A DNA stretch of 64,000 nt from Eledone cirrhosa (GCA_964016885.1 OZ024743.1:307148001-307212000); one strand, 5' to 3'. Numbered from the stretch's first letter, positions 14,517-29,262 are shown. Translations and numbers: made by a program. Notes: generated from the sequence alone by a model not told the origin.

Positions 14517-15293
14517 GTGAGACCATGGATCCTCACGCTCGAGTCCTCTTTTTGGGGGCCAGCCCGACTGCTCTCAGGAAGAAAGAGGGTGGCATACGCC
14601 CCATCTCTATGGGCAATGTCTTCCTGAGGCTGGCTACCAAGGTGGTCGGCAGGTCCATCACACCTCAACTGGGTGAGGAGCTCAACCCGGTGCAACTAAG
14701 GGTCGGCGTGTCCGGTGGCTATAAAGGGGTCACGCTTGCAACCAGAGACTTCTTCAATAGCTGCCCACCGGAACTGGCATCCAGGGACTCCAGGCACCTT
14801 ATTGTCAAGCTTGACATGAGAAATGCTTTTAACTGCCTACGCCGGGACCATCTACTCAAGGCCTGCCTCTCCCGATCCCCCTCTGTCTACCCGCTGGCCT
14901 ACCTGTAATATGAAACCCTAAACATGCTCCTTGCTACTGACACGGTTAGGGGAGTCCAATATAGTGACCCTTTGGATCCCTCCTCTTTGCTCGGAGTATA
15001 TTGATCTCTTTCAACGTTTGATACCTGGATGATGCCACGTTGGGCGGGCCCGTGGAGACTGCCTGCCACCACCTACAATCGGTGGTTCCTGCTCTGGCTA
15101 GAATCAGCCTCGAGGTCAACTCGTCCAAATCAGAGGTGGTGAATGTCAACCACGATACAGAGAGCTTTGCATCCTCCGTCTCGGACGTGCGATCTATATT
15201 TCACCAGGTACAGGTGACCTCCAAAGAGGATGTCCTTAACCTCGGGTCACCGATCCACCCGCCGGCCATCCGCTCCACCATCAGGTCCAGGTT
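14517..15293 (+). pseudogene. CRE-clade non-LTR reverse transcriptase fragment
   Basis: ALRKKEGGIRPI, KLDMRNAFN, a disrupted QGDP-like motif, YLDDATLGG; contains stops. Confidence 0.75.
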
Positions 15294-15295
15294 CT

Positions 15296-15492
15296 AGCAG
15301 CATGGGTCACTAGCTTCAAGCAACCAATAATCTACTGGGCATGGGTCACTAGCTTCAAGCAACCAATAATCTACTGGGCATGGGTCACTAGCTTCAAGCA
15401 ACCAATAATCTACTGGGCATGGGTCACTAGTTTCAAGCAACCAATAATCTACTGGGCATGGGTCACTAGCTTCAAGCAACCAATAATCTACT
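15296..15492 (+). repeat. 39-bp minisatellite, 5 copies
   Basis: catgggtcactagcttcaagcaaccaataatctactggg; only 2 copies in the paralog at 25086-25160. Confidence 0.9.
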
Positions 15493-16249
15493 AACAAGAG
15501 CAAGTGGTAGCTGCAAGATAAACAAAAACAAGTTGGGTTAAGATGGTATGTGGTGTGACCGAAAAGAAAGAGGGACATTTTATAATGTTTAAGATACACG
15601 TGAAACTTACGAGGGTCGGCTGAATGTCCATTGGCTGAGGGAGCGATGATGCTAGAACTGTTTGTGTGTGTATATAACAATGAAAACAGGCAGAAGTCAG
15701 ACGTGTGTAGGTAGTTAGTTCCGTCTTTTCAAGGACACATTGAGTTCTAACAACCTATCAGCCCCACTACAACCAGGGGTAACACGATATATATAGAAGA
15801 AAAAAATGCGCAGTAGTTTTAACGTTAACAACCTTTGTTGATAAGGCTATGATACATATTTCAATGACGACAGTGGCCACGCGATGCCGCGTACAAAGTG
15901 CAATGATCTCATGAGACAGCTTGTTACATAATAAGGTTACGTTCTCGAGGCAATCCAAATTAAAACGACAAGGAAACGGACAAAGAAGATCTTCTGGAAG
16001 CCTTCGCCAGTTCCCTTGTGAGCCCTAATTCTCCTCCACAACTTTGCGCAGTAATAGTAACTACTACCCCGAAACAACATATATAGCCTAGGCAAGAACC
16101 CCCCCCCCCCGCCTCCAAACAAATCAATCTCCCCCATCCAGGCCGGTAAGGTGACACAGTCACAGGGTTCATGCCAGCCACTAATTTGTAGTTTACTATA
16201 TGTATATATTTCGTGTCCTTATTTATATAGTATAGTTTATATAAATAAA

Positions 16250-16347
16250 CAGTTAAAGACATTTGCCCAAAATACCATGCAGTGGGATTGAACCCGAAAC
16301 CAAACGGTTGGGGAGTGAACTCCTTAACCACACAGCCGTGCCTGCGC
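16250..16347 (-). mobile_element. tRNA-derived SINE head
   Basis: Reverse complement ggctgtgtggttaag...gggttcaatccc gives A-box-like and B-box-like motifs. Confidence 0.6.
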
Positions 16348-16987
16348 TTCTGCAGCCGTGTTTATGAAAAACACATTTCGTATCTGATTGAAATAAGATG
16401 GAAATGGGTGGTGGGGTATATTGTTTTGAAAAACAATATGCTCCAGTATATTCAACTGAAAATGTGTACCAGCAGTAGCTAGTCAAGTGATATGTATGTT
16501 TATCATACTTGTTTCTTGACAGGACAATTGTGGGAAACTCCCAACAATAGGTGCTTCTAGAGGCGAGAAACCTCCTCAGATTCGGTTTCGAGTCTTCGCC
16601 GGTAAAACATAGGAGTATTCCGTTACACATACACATATATATATATACATATATATATATATTATAGGTGAGACAGTAAACAAAAACAAAAAAAAACAAC
16701 GTGGAAGCGAAGAGGCAATACAAATGTTAATATTAGTTTCACGCTTGAGAGTGCGGGGTGGGTGACGACGTTTCGGGCATAAACCTTTCATCAAGAGAAA
16801 GGTGTGCAGAAAAAGAGTTCCGATGGTGTGAGGGGGAGTGGTGGAAAGACATTAAAAAGGGGGGAGAGAAAAGGGAGGAAAACAGATTTTTTTAGAGGGT
16901 AAAAAAATTAAAATGAAACAAGTGGCAGAGGGAGACTGGGGGTCCGAGCGGGGAGGGCTAAAAAGTGATGTGTGTGTATGTGTGTAG

Positions 16988-19702
16988 CAGCGCTGCCGAA
17001 AGTTTTTTTCAAAACGTACAGAATCTGACCAAAACGTACAGTATTTTACTAAATCCCCCAATTACAATCAAAAACACTCTATTTATACATATTTTTGAAG
17101 TTAACAACATTTATTGACAATTTAAACATAAGGGCATCAAAAAGAAACGTCATCTTCCTGAGCAGATTCTCTGATTCTCTGTTGTACCAATTTTTTTCAA
17201 ATAATGCTTTGCAAAGATGTTCATCGGGCTCCCACGTCGTGCAGTCGGCATGTCGCAACAAATATTTCGACCAAACAAGAGCGTTAAGAGTGGAAGTTTT
17301 CAAACAATTTCGATTCTTTGTTTTAATAGAGTGGAGAACAGAGGAAATTCTTTCAGCCGCTGCGGAGGAGTAGGGTAAAGAAAGAAGACGAAGCATAAGA
17401 GATGACAGCAGAGGGTAACGGTTCTCGTCGCCACACTTCTCTTGTGAGACAGCAAACCAAAATTTTTCTGGATCGTTGTGCGGGATGAAGGAAGAACCTT
17501 GAATCGTCAGGTGGCGCCATTCCTGATTTATCTCTTCGTAATCTTTCTCATCACAAAGACTTGGAAATCGCATAACAAGTGGAATTATTGACCTCGGCCT
17601 TCCCTCCATCACGTTAGTTGGGTCTAACGCCTCAAGTAGTTCCAAATTGTTCTGCATATTGCAAAGAATCGTAGTATATTCTGTCGGAAGGTCAGCAATT
17701 CATCAAGGGCAATGGTGGTAGAATTGTCGTGTAAAATGCTCTCAGCTACAACACCAAAGTAGATACGATCTAATGGTTGATGTGCCGTTCAATCGTTGAC
17801 ATTAATCTCACACACATTGGTGACAGAAAGTAAATCAAGTTTAATGAAATTGCTCAAAATTCCCTTCATTCCAGCGTTGATTGCTCTTTTGAGTTTATGC
17901 ATCCGATAGCTTTCGGCCTGAAATTCCAGATTAAGTTTGTTGACGTCGTTTAAAATAAAAGATAGAAATGCAAAATACATCTTTGTAAGAGGATTCTTCA
18001 TTTCAGTGAGAATTCTTCGAGCCGTAGACGGACACCCATCTTCTAATGTTGCTTGGGTGAAATATGCCAGCAATGCTGGCCACTGCTCTAAAATGCGCTC
18101 CACAACTTGCTTGAGAGACAGCCACTTCGTGCAGCTTGCATGAAGGATTTTGTGAGGATCAATTGAAGCTATTTTCTGCAGACCTTTGTATTCATTGATC
18201 CGCTTAGGACTGTGACTAAAGTATGCATAAATACTTCTTGTCAATTCTTCCACGGAATTTGGTAATTCATTACACGCTTTTGATGAACATAAGTGTAATG
18301 AATGACAAACAGAGGCTTGCACAAGTGGATCTGGTCTCGTGTGCTTCAACAAATGCTGGACGCCTCCTTTGCTGCCCATCATAACACTCGCATTATCACA
18401 GGCGAAACCTATCAAATTTTCCAAAGCAATAGCGTGTTCGTTGAAAAACAATAGAAGACAGTTGTAAATACCCACAGCACTGCAATCATTTATTTCTATA
18501 AGCGTTAGAAATTCGTCGACAGTCTTTTGAATTTCAACGTCGTAATATCTGGATACAAGGACGAGTTGTTTGTGTTGAAACATCAGTTGTTTCATCGATG
18601 ATGGGGAGAATTTTGACGAATGAAGCTTCTTTAATAAAGTGTTGAAGCCATAGGGGCCGATGACGTTTGAAAAGATGGATGTGCCCTTTGTTCTGGCACA
18701 CTTCACATCCTGGGCGATTTTAGAATCAGGACAGGCGTTTACAACAAGGCCAGGCAAGTGGTACAAAATAGAGATGGGTGGATTATGCTCAGCAACAAAT
18801 GCACAGTACTTTAATTCAGCAGATACTACTTTCCTGGAGTGTGAAGAAAACGAAGAGGCTTGGATAAAATTTGTCAATTTCGTTGCTTTGTTCGCTTCTT
18901 TTGCATTCTTGCGGTGCTTTTCTGTCTGCTCATGTCGTAAAATTTGACTCAAACTGCCGGCAATTTCACATTTGCAAAATATGTATTTGCCTTTAGTTGT
19001 ATCGTTCTTGCCCACTTCCAACCAAGAAGAAAATTTTTCATCGTACAACAATTTGGACGGAAGCTTCGTTTCATACGATGCACATCTAGCCTTCTTCTTA
19101 TCTGCTGCTTCACGTTCGTTATCTGAAGAATGTTCTCGTTTCACAGTTCCATCACTCATATCTGGTTGAAGTTAGTTCTATAAGATTTATTTGAATTAAT
19201 TAAACTATTAAAAACATCACATACCGTTTACACTGTAGGTTATAAGAATTCTGCTTTTGTGTTCAGACTGATACGGTGTGGTTGTATAAATTAGCTCTGT
19301 AAAATTAAATCTAATCTATCAAACTTTTGAAAAACAATTCACGCACCTTTTACACCAGTTTGTGAGAAAAATTCCTGCGTTATGACAGATATGGCGTGGT
19401 AAACTGGGCATATACTTCCCCCAAATTTACAGACGCCTTTGATCTCATAAGTCAACGCGCGCTTGCATGCACAAGTCTCGTCTGCATTCTCACGTGCTTT
19501 TATTTTTGTGAAGCTCCGAAACGCGCGTATGTGAAAATGCACTCAATCAATGCGTCAAAACAAGAATTTTATAAACCGATGGCAAGATCACTAAAACGTA
19601 CAACAAATTCGTCCGAACGTACAGCACATCAACATTTTGAGCAAAACGTAGTTTTGTACGAACGTACAGTTTTGTACGAATGTACAGTCATCGGCAGCGC
19701 TG
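16988..19702 (-). mobile_element. hAT DNA transposon
   Basis: TIR cagcgctgccga/tcggcagcgctg; 8-bp TSD gtgtgtag (16980-16987, 19703-19710); subterminal cgtaca repeats. Confidence 0.92.
17079..19159 (-). pseudogene. hAT transposase, disrupted
   Basis: Zinc-finger-like N-terminus, CDNASVMMG, C.CHSLHL-like motif, TKWLS, and LP.SSAAAER dimerisation domain; split by a frameshift and a stop. Confidence 0.85.
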
Positions 19703-20972
19703 GTGTGTAGATGTGAATGTGAAAGTTGGGGGAAGAACGAGGTTCCATGTTTGGGTAATAGGGAAACCGGTGTGCACATGGGGTGGGGTCAAAGTCGGTG
19801 TGAGTGTGGATGGAGAGGGGTCAGAGAGGGTGGGGGGCGTGTGGAGTCCGGAGGCTGAGTGTGTGTATGTGAGGATACGCACGTGTGTGTGTGTTTTTGT
19901 GTGGTGTGGATGTATGTGGTGCGAAAATAGTGTAAGTGTTTGTGTTCTTGGATGTATTTCCACGGAATGTAGGACCCGGTGTTGGAGACCCGAGCGTGGC
20001 AGGATCGATAGCTGGAGTGGTGGACCGGTGGTACAAAACCCTGGTATGGTAGTGAGGAAGTGGAGAGTTGTGGGGTGCAGGCGCAACAGGAAGTGGTCAG
20101 AGGGTCAAGGCAGGGCGAAGGAGGTAAGAGATAGCAGTAGGAAGGTGACAGCAGGCAGAGTAGTGACAGGTATAGAGATGGTCTGTATGTGGTGTGGAAA
20201 GTGTGTGGGTTTGCGGAGGTGCAGTGGACAGCGGAGGGGGGTGAGAAAGGTTGTGGCGGTATGTGGGGGGTTCGTGTGTATGTTAGTGGAGGTGTTTGTG
20301 GGATGTGTGTGTAGGGGGAGGCAGTGCGGGGAGCGAGAGAGAGAGTGAAGGTGCTGGGGACAGTTGGAGGGAGTGTAATGTACTGGTGTGTGTGTGTACG
20401 TGTTTGGATATGAGTGTGTGTATGTGTGTGGTAGAGTGGGTGTTAGTATGACTGGTGGTGGGGGAGGGGTTGAATGAAGGATGTATTAGTGGGGGTTACG
20501 GGTGGTTGGGTGTGTGGAGTGGGTGGTATATCGGTGTGTACGTAGGTGTGGGTGAGTGTAAGTGTGATGGGTATGTGTGGTGAGGGAGAAGGTGGGTTGG
20601 AAGGATGTTAGTATTATTAGTGTTGGGGTGGTCAGATGTGGACGTGTGGGTGGGGGTTAGTGGTGGTTGTAGGGTGTGTGAATAGTGTGACTGCGTGTAT
20701 AATGTACTGGTGGGTGTGTGCGTGATGTGGGGTGGGGAGGGGTGGGGGTGTTAGCATTATTAGTTGTGGGGGGCCAAGGGTGTGGGGGTGGGGCCGGGAG
20801 TGGAGGGAACGGTGAAGCTAGGGAGTGTTTTAGTGGTGTTAGTAGGCGATTGTGTGGGGAGGAGGAGAGGGGACGGTCGAAGGCTACAGGAAGAGGGGTG
20901 GGGAGTTCAGGCCGGAGGGTGTGTGGGTCTGTAGGGTGAAGATGGTGTTTTGCTCGACCGTGAAGCGGGTGC

Positions 20973-20975
<3 letters not shown>
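19703..20975 (-). mobile_element. GT-rich degenerate repeat, possibly PLE-derived, interrupted by the hAT
   Basis: Contiguous across the TSD with 16650-16987, which carries a degenerate hammerhead-like core at 16763-16798. Confidence 0.35.
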
Positions 20976-21009
<34 letters not shown>

Positions 21010-21079
21010 TAAAATAACAGATTATATATTTATCCTTATCGAGCCCCCTTTGGATTTTAGTCTTCAAATTTATTATTAT

Positions 21080-21177
<98 letters not shown>

Positions 21178-21206
21178 ATGTATGTATATATATACATATA
21201 TATATA

Positions 21207-21816
21207 TGTCAGGTCACCAGTTGGTGCTACTGGTAACATGTATCCCAGTACAACCTGTCCCATGGTCGGGTCGTTGGCGACTAAACTGGCAACCCCACCA
21301 AGGTTTCTTGGTGAGGAGGGTGACTTTGGACATCCTGCAGGACTAAAAACAAAACCTGTCAAAGGGAAAAGGAGCTCTTAAGAGTCAATAGCCATCCAAT
21401 ATCACCAGGAGAGATGACCCCTTAGCCTTTGTCAAGGCAGAATTCTAGGAGAAGGAAAACTCTGATATAACACCTGCAACCCTGATGGTATCCAATGATG
21501 TTGACTTGTTCTTCTTTTTGGTAAATATCATCTTGGTTAAGAGAGTGGGACTGGCTTTATGCAGTGCCTTTGCTCACTATAAAAGCTTCACGGCACAGGC
21601 ATTGCTTTATATCTGGAGATCTCGCTGCACTTGTCATCACATGGTACCATGGGTCCAGCACTATGTGTCAATAATTGTCACAAGTGTAGTGTTTGTACCA
21701 GAGTTTTCAAGTCGCTGGCTGGACTAAAAAGTAACACTTGTTCAGCGCATCGGTCGGGGTTCTCCTACATGGATATAAAGTAGTGGCCGTACTCGAAAAC
21801 GAGTTGGCAGCCACCA
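21207..21816 (+). repeat. Copy of the about 610-bp repeat
   Basis: Reverse complement of 4854-5464. Confidence 0.8.
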
Positions 21817-21819
21817 CAT

Positions 21820-21887
<68 letters not shown>

Positions 21888-22201
21888 GAGATAACAGATT
21901 ATTGTTATAGGTAGTCCACTTAGGTTTGATTAATGTGATTATTTCAAATAATTTATTGCTATCACTGTTAGTATTGTTGTTATTGTTCTGATTGAATTCC
22001 ACTACTATATATAGAAGCTGTGTATTCCCTTCATTCTCGCTAGCTCTGTTGAATTGACTGGTTACAACTATGTATTGGTGATCGATTGACGCGAAAACAG
22101 GCGGGTAGCGATCTCTAGACCTACCAGTTCAGAGAAACAATTGTCAGCAAAGTGATTAAAAACCTTTTTTGTATAGCAAAACGTGTCACTCTTTTTTCTT
22201 G

Positions 22202-22265
<64 letters not shown>

Positions 22266-22515
22266 GGAGGTTTAGTAAAATCGAATCTTTGGCGGTGTGC
22301 AAGCAAATTCGACCTACGATATGAATGAGTTAGCAAAGCACTCGACAAGGGTAATAACATACGTTATAGAGTAATAACATACGTTTAAATAGCTTGACAA
22401 ATTGAACATTGTGGTAGGCAAAATCTAACACACAATACCAAAGTAACGAAAGAACTAACAGGTTGAAAAAATACACCTGGACAAATCAAACGTTATACGT
22501 TTAAAGTGTTTCTAT

Positions 22516-22706
22516 GAATCCGAAATCAAATATCAGACTTACGTAACTGGCAAGCTCGTGCTTTCATGAACGAACAGAGGACTCATTTCATCAACAGGAA
22601 TTTCGTTCTACCAAAGAACGGGGCGAAACACTGAATGGTGCCGCTAACAGCAGCGATTCGACATTTAGTTGTCACGTGTTATTTCCAACAATGGAAATAA
22701 CCCCCG

Positions 22707-22710
<4 letters not shown>
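22516..22710. repeat. About 195-bp repeat adjoining (TA)n
   Basis: Near-identical copy at 29072-29268. Confidence 0.75.
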
Positions 22711-22759
<49 letters not shown>

Positions 22760-23175
22760 GATGTTTTTCACTGGGAGTTGGCTCCTCTGCCGCCAGGAAA
22801 AAACTCGTTGAGAAAGTAAAACTCCGTTCCGCTTACTCTAGTAGGCTTTTATATTTATATGTGAGCTGATAGAGTACAGTCTAAGGATTTACAGAAACCC
22901 ATGAAGCTAGATTTAACACCTGTCTAGTGGGTCCGGGTATGATTTTACATTCATTTAAATTATTGACGTATTGTTTTATTGATATTTTTTATCTGTTTGT
23001 CCCGAATCTTCCTCTATCGATTTTAAATCGTATGGTTGATTGTAGACTTGTTCTATATGTGACGGTATTTTAACGATAGTTATAGCTCTGATTCATCTGA
23101 ATTATTGAGCCCTCTGCCGTTCATGTCGAATCTCGTTTATCGTGAACTCGTGCGCCGATTTTTCGATACTCGATC

Positions 23176-23306
<131 letters not shown>

Positions 23307-23644
23307 AAAACGAAAAATCAGTGATGCATCGGAACTCAATTTATTGTGTTACAATTGTTTCCCCGGCGAGCAGCTCGAGGTGAGATCCGTGTGTGGTTCG
23401 ACCTGACTCTGAACTCGCAGGTTCCTCGTACACGTCTATTGATTTCGGAGCATATCCTCTTTCTATATATATATATATATATATCAGATTGGAGGCGGTT
23501 AAAACCAGTTAGACCATTACTCACCAGATTACGCGATATTTGGGGCAGTAGAGTGGATAATAGGCAAAATTTCAGGACACCGACGGCTGAGCTCCGGCCC
23601 TTTCAACAGAAACGAAACTCAGCCGTCGGGGTCCTGAATTTTCT

Positions 23645-23694
<50 letters not shown>

Positions 23695-23882
23695 ACAAAT
23701 AAATATTGCTTTTTAGAAAAACAATATAAAAAGTTAAATGGAAAAGAATGAAACGAAATTTCATTTCTCACTCTTAGTACGGCTGATACCTAAATATAAG
23801 TATGTATACGTACATACATATATGTGTACAGACATACAGTAGTATGTATATATATATACATACATGCACACATATATATATG

Positions 23883-25794
23883 TACGATAAAATATACAAG
23901 AATTATGTACGTTATTTGTTTATAAAAGGAGAGTTAAAGTCGTATTTACCAAGAAGACTTCATGAACTTCACTGGCTGGGTTGAGTGAGAGCCCAAGAGA
24001 TAGCGATATAGTGAAAGAGAGAGAGGGTAAGAGAAAGTAAGAGTCTATAAGACACCAAAAGGGTCTGTAGAAAGCAATAATCTACATATTTACTCGATCA
24101 AGAACTGCTTCGAACTGATTGCCGCTTGAATAAGACAGTTTATTTATATCTGTCGCTTCCTCTGTCCCCTGGTTCACCATTCTCAGGCTTGTTTACGCCC
24201 AAATGGAGCTAACCCAGAAAATGACCGTTAAATGTCACCCAGGAGTCAAGGTGTGGACAGCTTTCGCTACACACACATATATATACATATAAACATCTAT
24301 GGTGAGACCATGGATCCTCACGCTCGAGTCCTCTTTTTGGGGGCCAGCCCGACTGCTCTCAGGAAGAAAGAGGGTGGCATACGCCCCATCTCTGTGGGCA
24401 ATGTCTTCCGGAGGCTGGCTACCAAGGTGGTCGGCAGGTCCATCACACCTGAACTGGGTAAGGAGCTCAACCCGGTGCAACTAAGGGTCGGCGTGTCCGG
24501 TGGCTATAAAGGGGTCACACTTGCAACCAGAGACTTCTTCAATAGCTGCCCACCGGAACTGGCATCCAGGGACTCCAGGCACCTTATTGTCAAGCTTGAC
24601 ATGAGGAATGCCTTTAACTGCCTACGCCGGGACCATCTACTCAAGGCCTGCCTCTCCCGATCCCCCTCTGTCTACCCGCTGGCCTACCTGTAATATGAAA
24701 CCCTAAACATGCTCCTTGCTGCTGACACGGTTAGGGGAATCCGATAGGGTGACCCTTTGGACCCCTCCTCTTTGCTCGGAATATCACGGTCTCTTTCAAC
24801 GTTTGATACCTGGATGATGCCACGTTGGGCGGGCCCGTGGAGACTGCCTGCCACCACCTGCAATCGGTGGTTCCTGCTCTGGCTAGAATCAGCCTCGAGG
24901 TCAACTCGTCCAAATCAGAGGTGGTGAATGTCAACCACGATACAGAGAGCTTTGCATCCTCCGTCTCGGACGTGCGATCTATATTTCACCAGGTATAGGT
25001 GACCTCCAAAGAGGATGTCCTTAACCTCGGGTCACCGATCCACCCGCCGGCCATCCGCTCCACCATCAGGTCCAGGTTCTAGCAGCATGGGTCACTAGCT
25101 TCAAGCAACCAATAATCTACTGGGCATGGGTCACTAGCTTCAAGCAACCAATAATCTACTAACAAGAGCAAGTGGTAGCTGCAAGATAAACAAAAACAAA
25201 TTGGGTTAAGATGGTATGTGGTGTGACCGAAAAGAAAGAGGGACATTTTATAATGTTTAAGATACACGTGAAACTTACGAGGGTCGGCTGAATGTTCATT
25301 GGCTGAGGGAGCGATGATGCTAGAACTGTTTGTGTGTGTATATAACAATGAAAACAGGCAGAAGTCAGACGTGTGTAGGTAGTTAGTTCCGTCTTTTCAA
25401 GGACACATTGAGTTCTAACAACCTATCAGCCCCACTACAACCAGTGGTAACACGATATATATAGAAGAAAAAAATGCGCAGTAGTTTTAACGTTAACAAC
25501 CTTTTTTGATAAGGCTGTGATACATATTTCAATGACGACAGTGGCCACGTTCTCGAGGCAATCCAAATTAAAACGACAAGGAAACGGACAAAGAAGATGT
25601 TCTGGAAGCCTTCGCCAGTTCCCTTGTGAGCCCTAATTCTTCTCTACAACTTTGCGCATTAATAGTAACTACTAGCCCGAAACAACAAGCTAGCCTTAAC
25701 AAAGCCCCCCTCCAAACAAATCAATCTCCCCCATCCAGGCCGGTAAGGTGACACAGTCACAGGGTTCATGCCAGTCACTAATTTGTAGTTTACT
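23883..25794 (+). repeat. Composite duplicated segment, copy 2 (CRE RT fragment at 24302-25078)
   Basis: Direct repeat of 13474-16197. Confidence 0.9.
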
Positions 25795-26875
25795 GCTTGT
25801 CGTACGGCCAGTGGTAGCCGATCAAAACTCTGTGGTAGTGGTAGTGTATAAGTTTCAATACTACCCTTAAACTATGCTTGGACAACAGAATTGACCATCA
25901 CGCGCGAAGAGATTATAAACTTAATTCTAGGCTCTAGATATGGTTTCACAATGGAAGGTATTATGACATTTATAATGTGTATGATGATTATGTTTCTCAG
26001 TAGAAAAGCTCAATGGATATTTGTCCGGGTCATCAACAATTTAAATTAAAAGATATATGTACATATATAGAAAGCGAGAGAACGAGAGAGGGGGTGGAGG
26101 GGTGGGAGTACTTTGTACATCTATATAAAGCATATAATATTTAGGAAAAAGTACATACTTTAAAGTTGAAAAGTACCGTTTAAAATTCGTAAACCGAATC
26201 AAAGATCGATCTAAGTAATCGATTATCGCTTACCGACTATCGATTTTGGTAAAGCTACGGAAGACGCGAAACTAATCATCAGAGGAATCGTCTTTGGATA
26301 CGTTCCAATAAAGTGCAAATTACCTTTATATCTGTCGGGATCCGTGAGTCAGCTAAAACTATAAACCGCATGGAGAAACGTCCATTGAACTTTTCTACTG
26401 AGAAACAAGGGCTATGAAAGAAAAAAGTGTATCTATCGTATTTATTGATCTTCATTACCATATTTGTTACGAACGACACTGTCTAGAATCTTGAAATTAT
26501 TTTGAAAATAGTTAATGTTTGGGAAGTATTTAGTAATATAACATTGAACTTAATAATATAACTGATATTCTCATTATTATGCTGGTGTTTTGATCATAAC
26601 TCAACAAAGGTTACTATTTAAATTATGATGAAAACCTTTAGATAAATATAAACACTTTACAAAAAATAGTTTCGTATATTAGAGTCATTGGTGGTTTCAG
26701 ATTGGTTCCTAAAAATAACCCCAGCGGGACAACAATAAAAGCAAATTAAAATACGCTCAGGGCACTTTATTATCAAAAGTGTACATCAGAGTTAAATTTA
26801 TATGAAACACTAGACTAGAGTGCTGGTTATGATAAAGAAAAATTTCTATCGTCTTTACTTATATATATATATATA

Positions 26876-28430
26876 TAAACTATAATAAAGGAAGGTCTGC
26901 GCGATTGCGTACGGTTTATTTTTTTATCCCGTTTGTAAAATAAGTTGGATTACTTTGAATAAATAATGAATGAATATTACATAATTTATCTACTCAATTT
27001 CGTAAACAAAAATAATTTCGTAAAAATTAATAATTTCAAATTGACTTCTTTTCAAAGTTGCACTTCCGGTATATCGTCGCCACCACCACTACTTCAACTA
27101 CCATATATATAGAAAGACAGTTTTGTGATGAGAGAGATAGAGAGATTATGATTTTCTACACGCTGACGCGTATAATTGTGCTCATACATACATCTATATG
27201 TATGAGTATATAACTATTATGAGTATATAACTATAATCGCGCAAACACAAACTTATAAAAATACACTCTAACGTACATAATTCACACAAATATACATACA
27301 TTCACACAAACTTTCACACAAATATACATACATTCACACATACTTTCACACAAACATACATACATTCACACATACTTTCACACAAATATACATACATTCA
27401 CACATACTTTCACACAAACATACATACATTCACACATACTTTCACACAAATACACATACATTCACACATATACATTCACACATATACATTTACACAAACA
27501 TACATACATATATTCACACCAGCGGCGAAGGGTCCGTGCATGCAACGCATGCAGTTCATGCGTTATAGAATCTTGAGTTGATCAATTGCGTCGGTTGAAG
27601 CAAGCAGAATTTTGGCTGCTTACTAAAACGTATAGACACAAAAAAGATAACACACACACACACACACACACATACACACATACACACAAACACGACAGCT
27701 TTGGGGCAAGCAGAATTTTGACTGCTTACTAAATCGTAGACACATAAAAAGATAACACACACACACACACACAAGATAACGCTACATGCGGCTTTGACCG
27801 AGAGGGTCATTTAGAGAGAATTGGGAGGGGGCTGCAGAGCCCCACTTGCCGCCATGGTGATTGGACTGCATGCCCTGCTTTCCAGGGTACCCTGCGCCAC
27901 TGATTCACACATACTTTCACACAAACATACATACATTCACACATACTTTCACACAAACATACATACATTCACACATACTTTCACACAAATATACATACAT
28001 TCACACACATACTTTCACACAAACATACATACATTCACACATATACATTTACACAAACACACACATTCAGTCATGATAGCGTTCGGTTTAATTGGAGATG
28101 GGAGGGTAAAACAAGTATAACGTTTTATTTATTTATTAACTCTTTATTTATTTATTAACTCTTTTTTTTTAAAACTCATTTAATATAATGGTTACAGAAC
28201 GAAAACACTAACAAATATAATATATACAAAGGAAAAAAAGAATAGAAAAAATACACAAGCAGCTAATACACACACCTTAGACCCCATAGAACAAAATGCA
28301 GGCGAAAGATAGCAATATAGCGAGGAGCACTGGGAAACCTCTCTAATAATTTTTGAGGCAGGCCAACACGCTCGCCGCGTTACCTGGGGTGATGGCGAGG
28401 CTGAGGTGCTGGAACAACCAAGTGCCCTCA
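26876..28430 (+). mobile_element. Helitron-related composite repeat with a CA-rich minisatellite
   Basis: 5' part matches 5875-6110; diverged inverted copy at 56150-57146; 3' end not defined. Confidence 0.6.
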
Positions 28431-28790
28431 CGAGCGTCACCAGTTACCTCTGTTTGGCGAGCCGCCCGTGAAGATAAGAACCTCGCTGTCAGTATCCCCC
28501 CCCCCCCCCAACGTCTCGAACGCCACAGGCTGGATAATGTATTTAACTGACAGAACACGGTATTTTAGGATTTTATTCCGTTCAGCTGCGGATGCTGTAG
28601 CCCTTACCGCTGCATCCAGAATGTGGGAAGACGCAAAAGAGTCACTAACTGTAACGCCCCGGGTAAGACACCTGCCTCTTGACCAGGAGCACAGAGTAAG
28701 ACCGTCAAGTTATTTCCCATCAATTCAGGACAACGCAGACGGTTCCAAAATTGAGGGGATGTTTGCCCGGGCCAAAGCTCTTGAGTGGTA
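28330..28790 (-). pseudogene. CRE-clade restriction-like endonuclease C-terminus
   Basis: DGLTLCSWSRGRCL..VTVSDSFA and LFQHLSLAITPGNAASVL. Confidence 0.7.
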
Positions 28791-29262
28791 ATAAGACATT
28801 GTGTGTATGTGCGCGCGCGTGAGTTTGTCGGCGTTCTTAAATTAGAGACACGTGTGTGTCACTGTTTTTAAGTTAGAGACATATATGTGTGTATCCCTTT
28901 CCTTCCTTTTACACACACATACATTCACACATACACATTGCGTGATGAGCGGGTGGACAGAAGTCCCTCAAATTTATATACATGTGAAAGGAGTTCTACT
29001 GAAGCAGTTAGAGAAGTTCAAGTATCTTGGAGCCGTGTACATGAGTGATGGAATGCAGGAGGCTGAATTAAGAATCCGAAATCAAATATCAGACTTACGT
29101 AACTGGCAAGCTCGTGGTTTCATGAACGATCAGAGGACTCATTTCATCAACAGGAATTTCGTTCTACCAAAGAACGGGGCGAAACACTGAACGGTGCCGC
29201 TAACAGCAGCGATTCGAGATTTAGTTGTCACGTGTTATTTCCAACAATGGAAATAACCCCCG

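Larger units (their letters stand above)
13474..16197 (+). repeat. Composite duplicated segment, copy 1
   Basis: Highly similar to 23883-25794 apart from a Helitron insertion, minisatellite copy number and small indels. Confidence 0.9.

Noticed and set aside
15296-15492. CRISPR-like regular repeat (also 53740-54280)
   Set aside because: Head-to-tail minisatellites with no unique spacers and no cas genes, in eukaryotic DNA.
19680-20348. 222-aa V/C/G-rich ORF
   Set aside because: An effect of GT-rich composition; no recognisable domain.
22545-22600. Possible minus-strand hammerhead (TTGATGA...GAAA)
   Set aside because: C3 is substituted in both copies and stem I does not pair convincingly.
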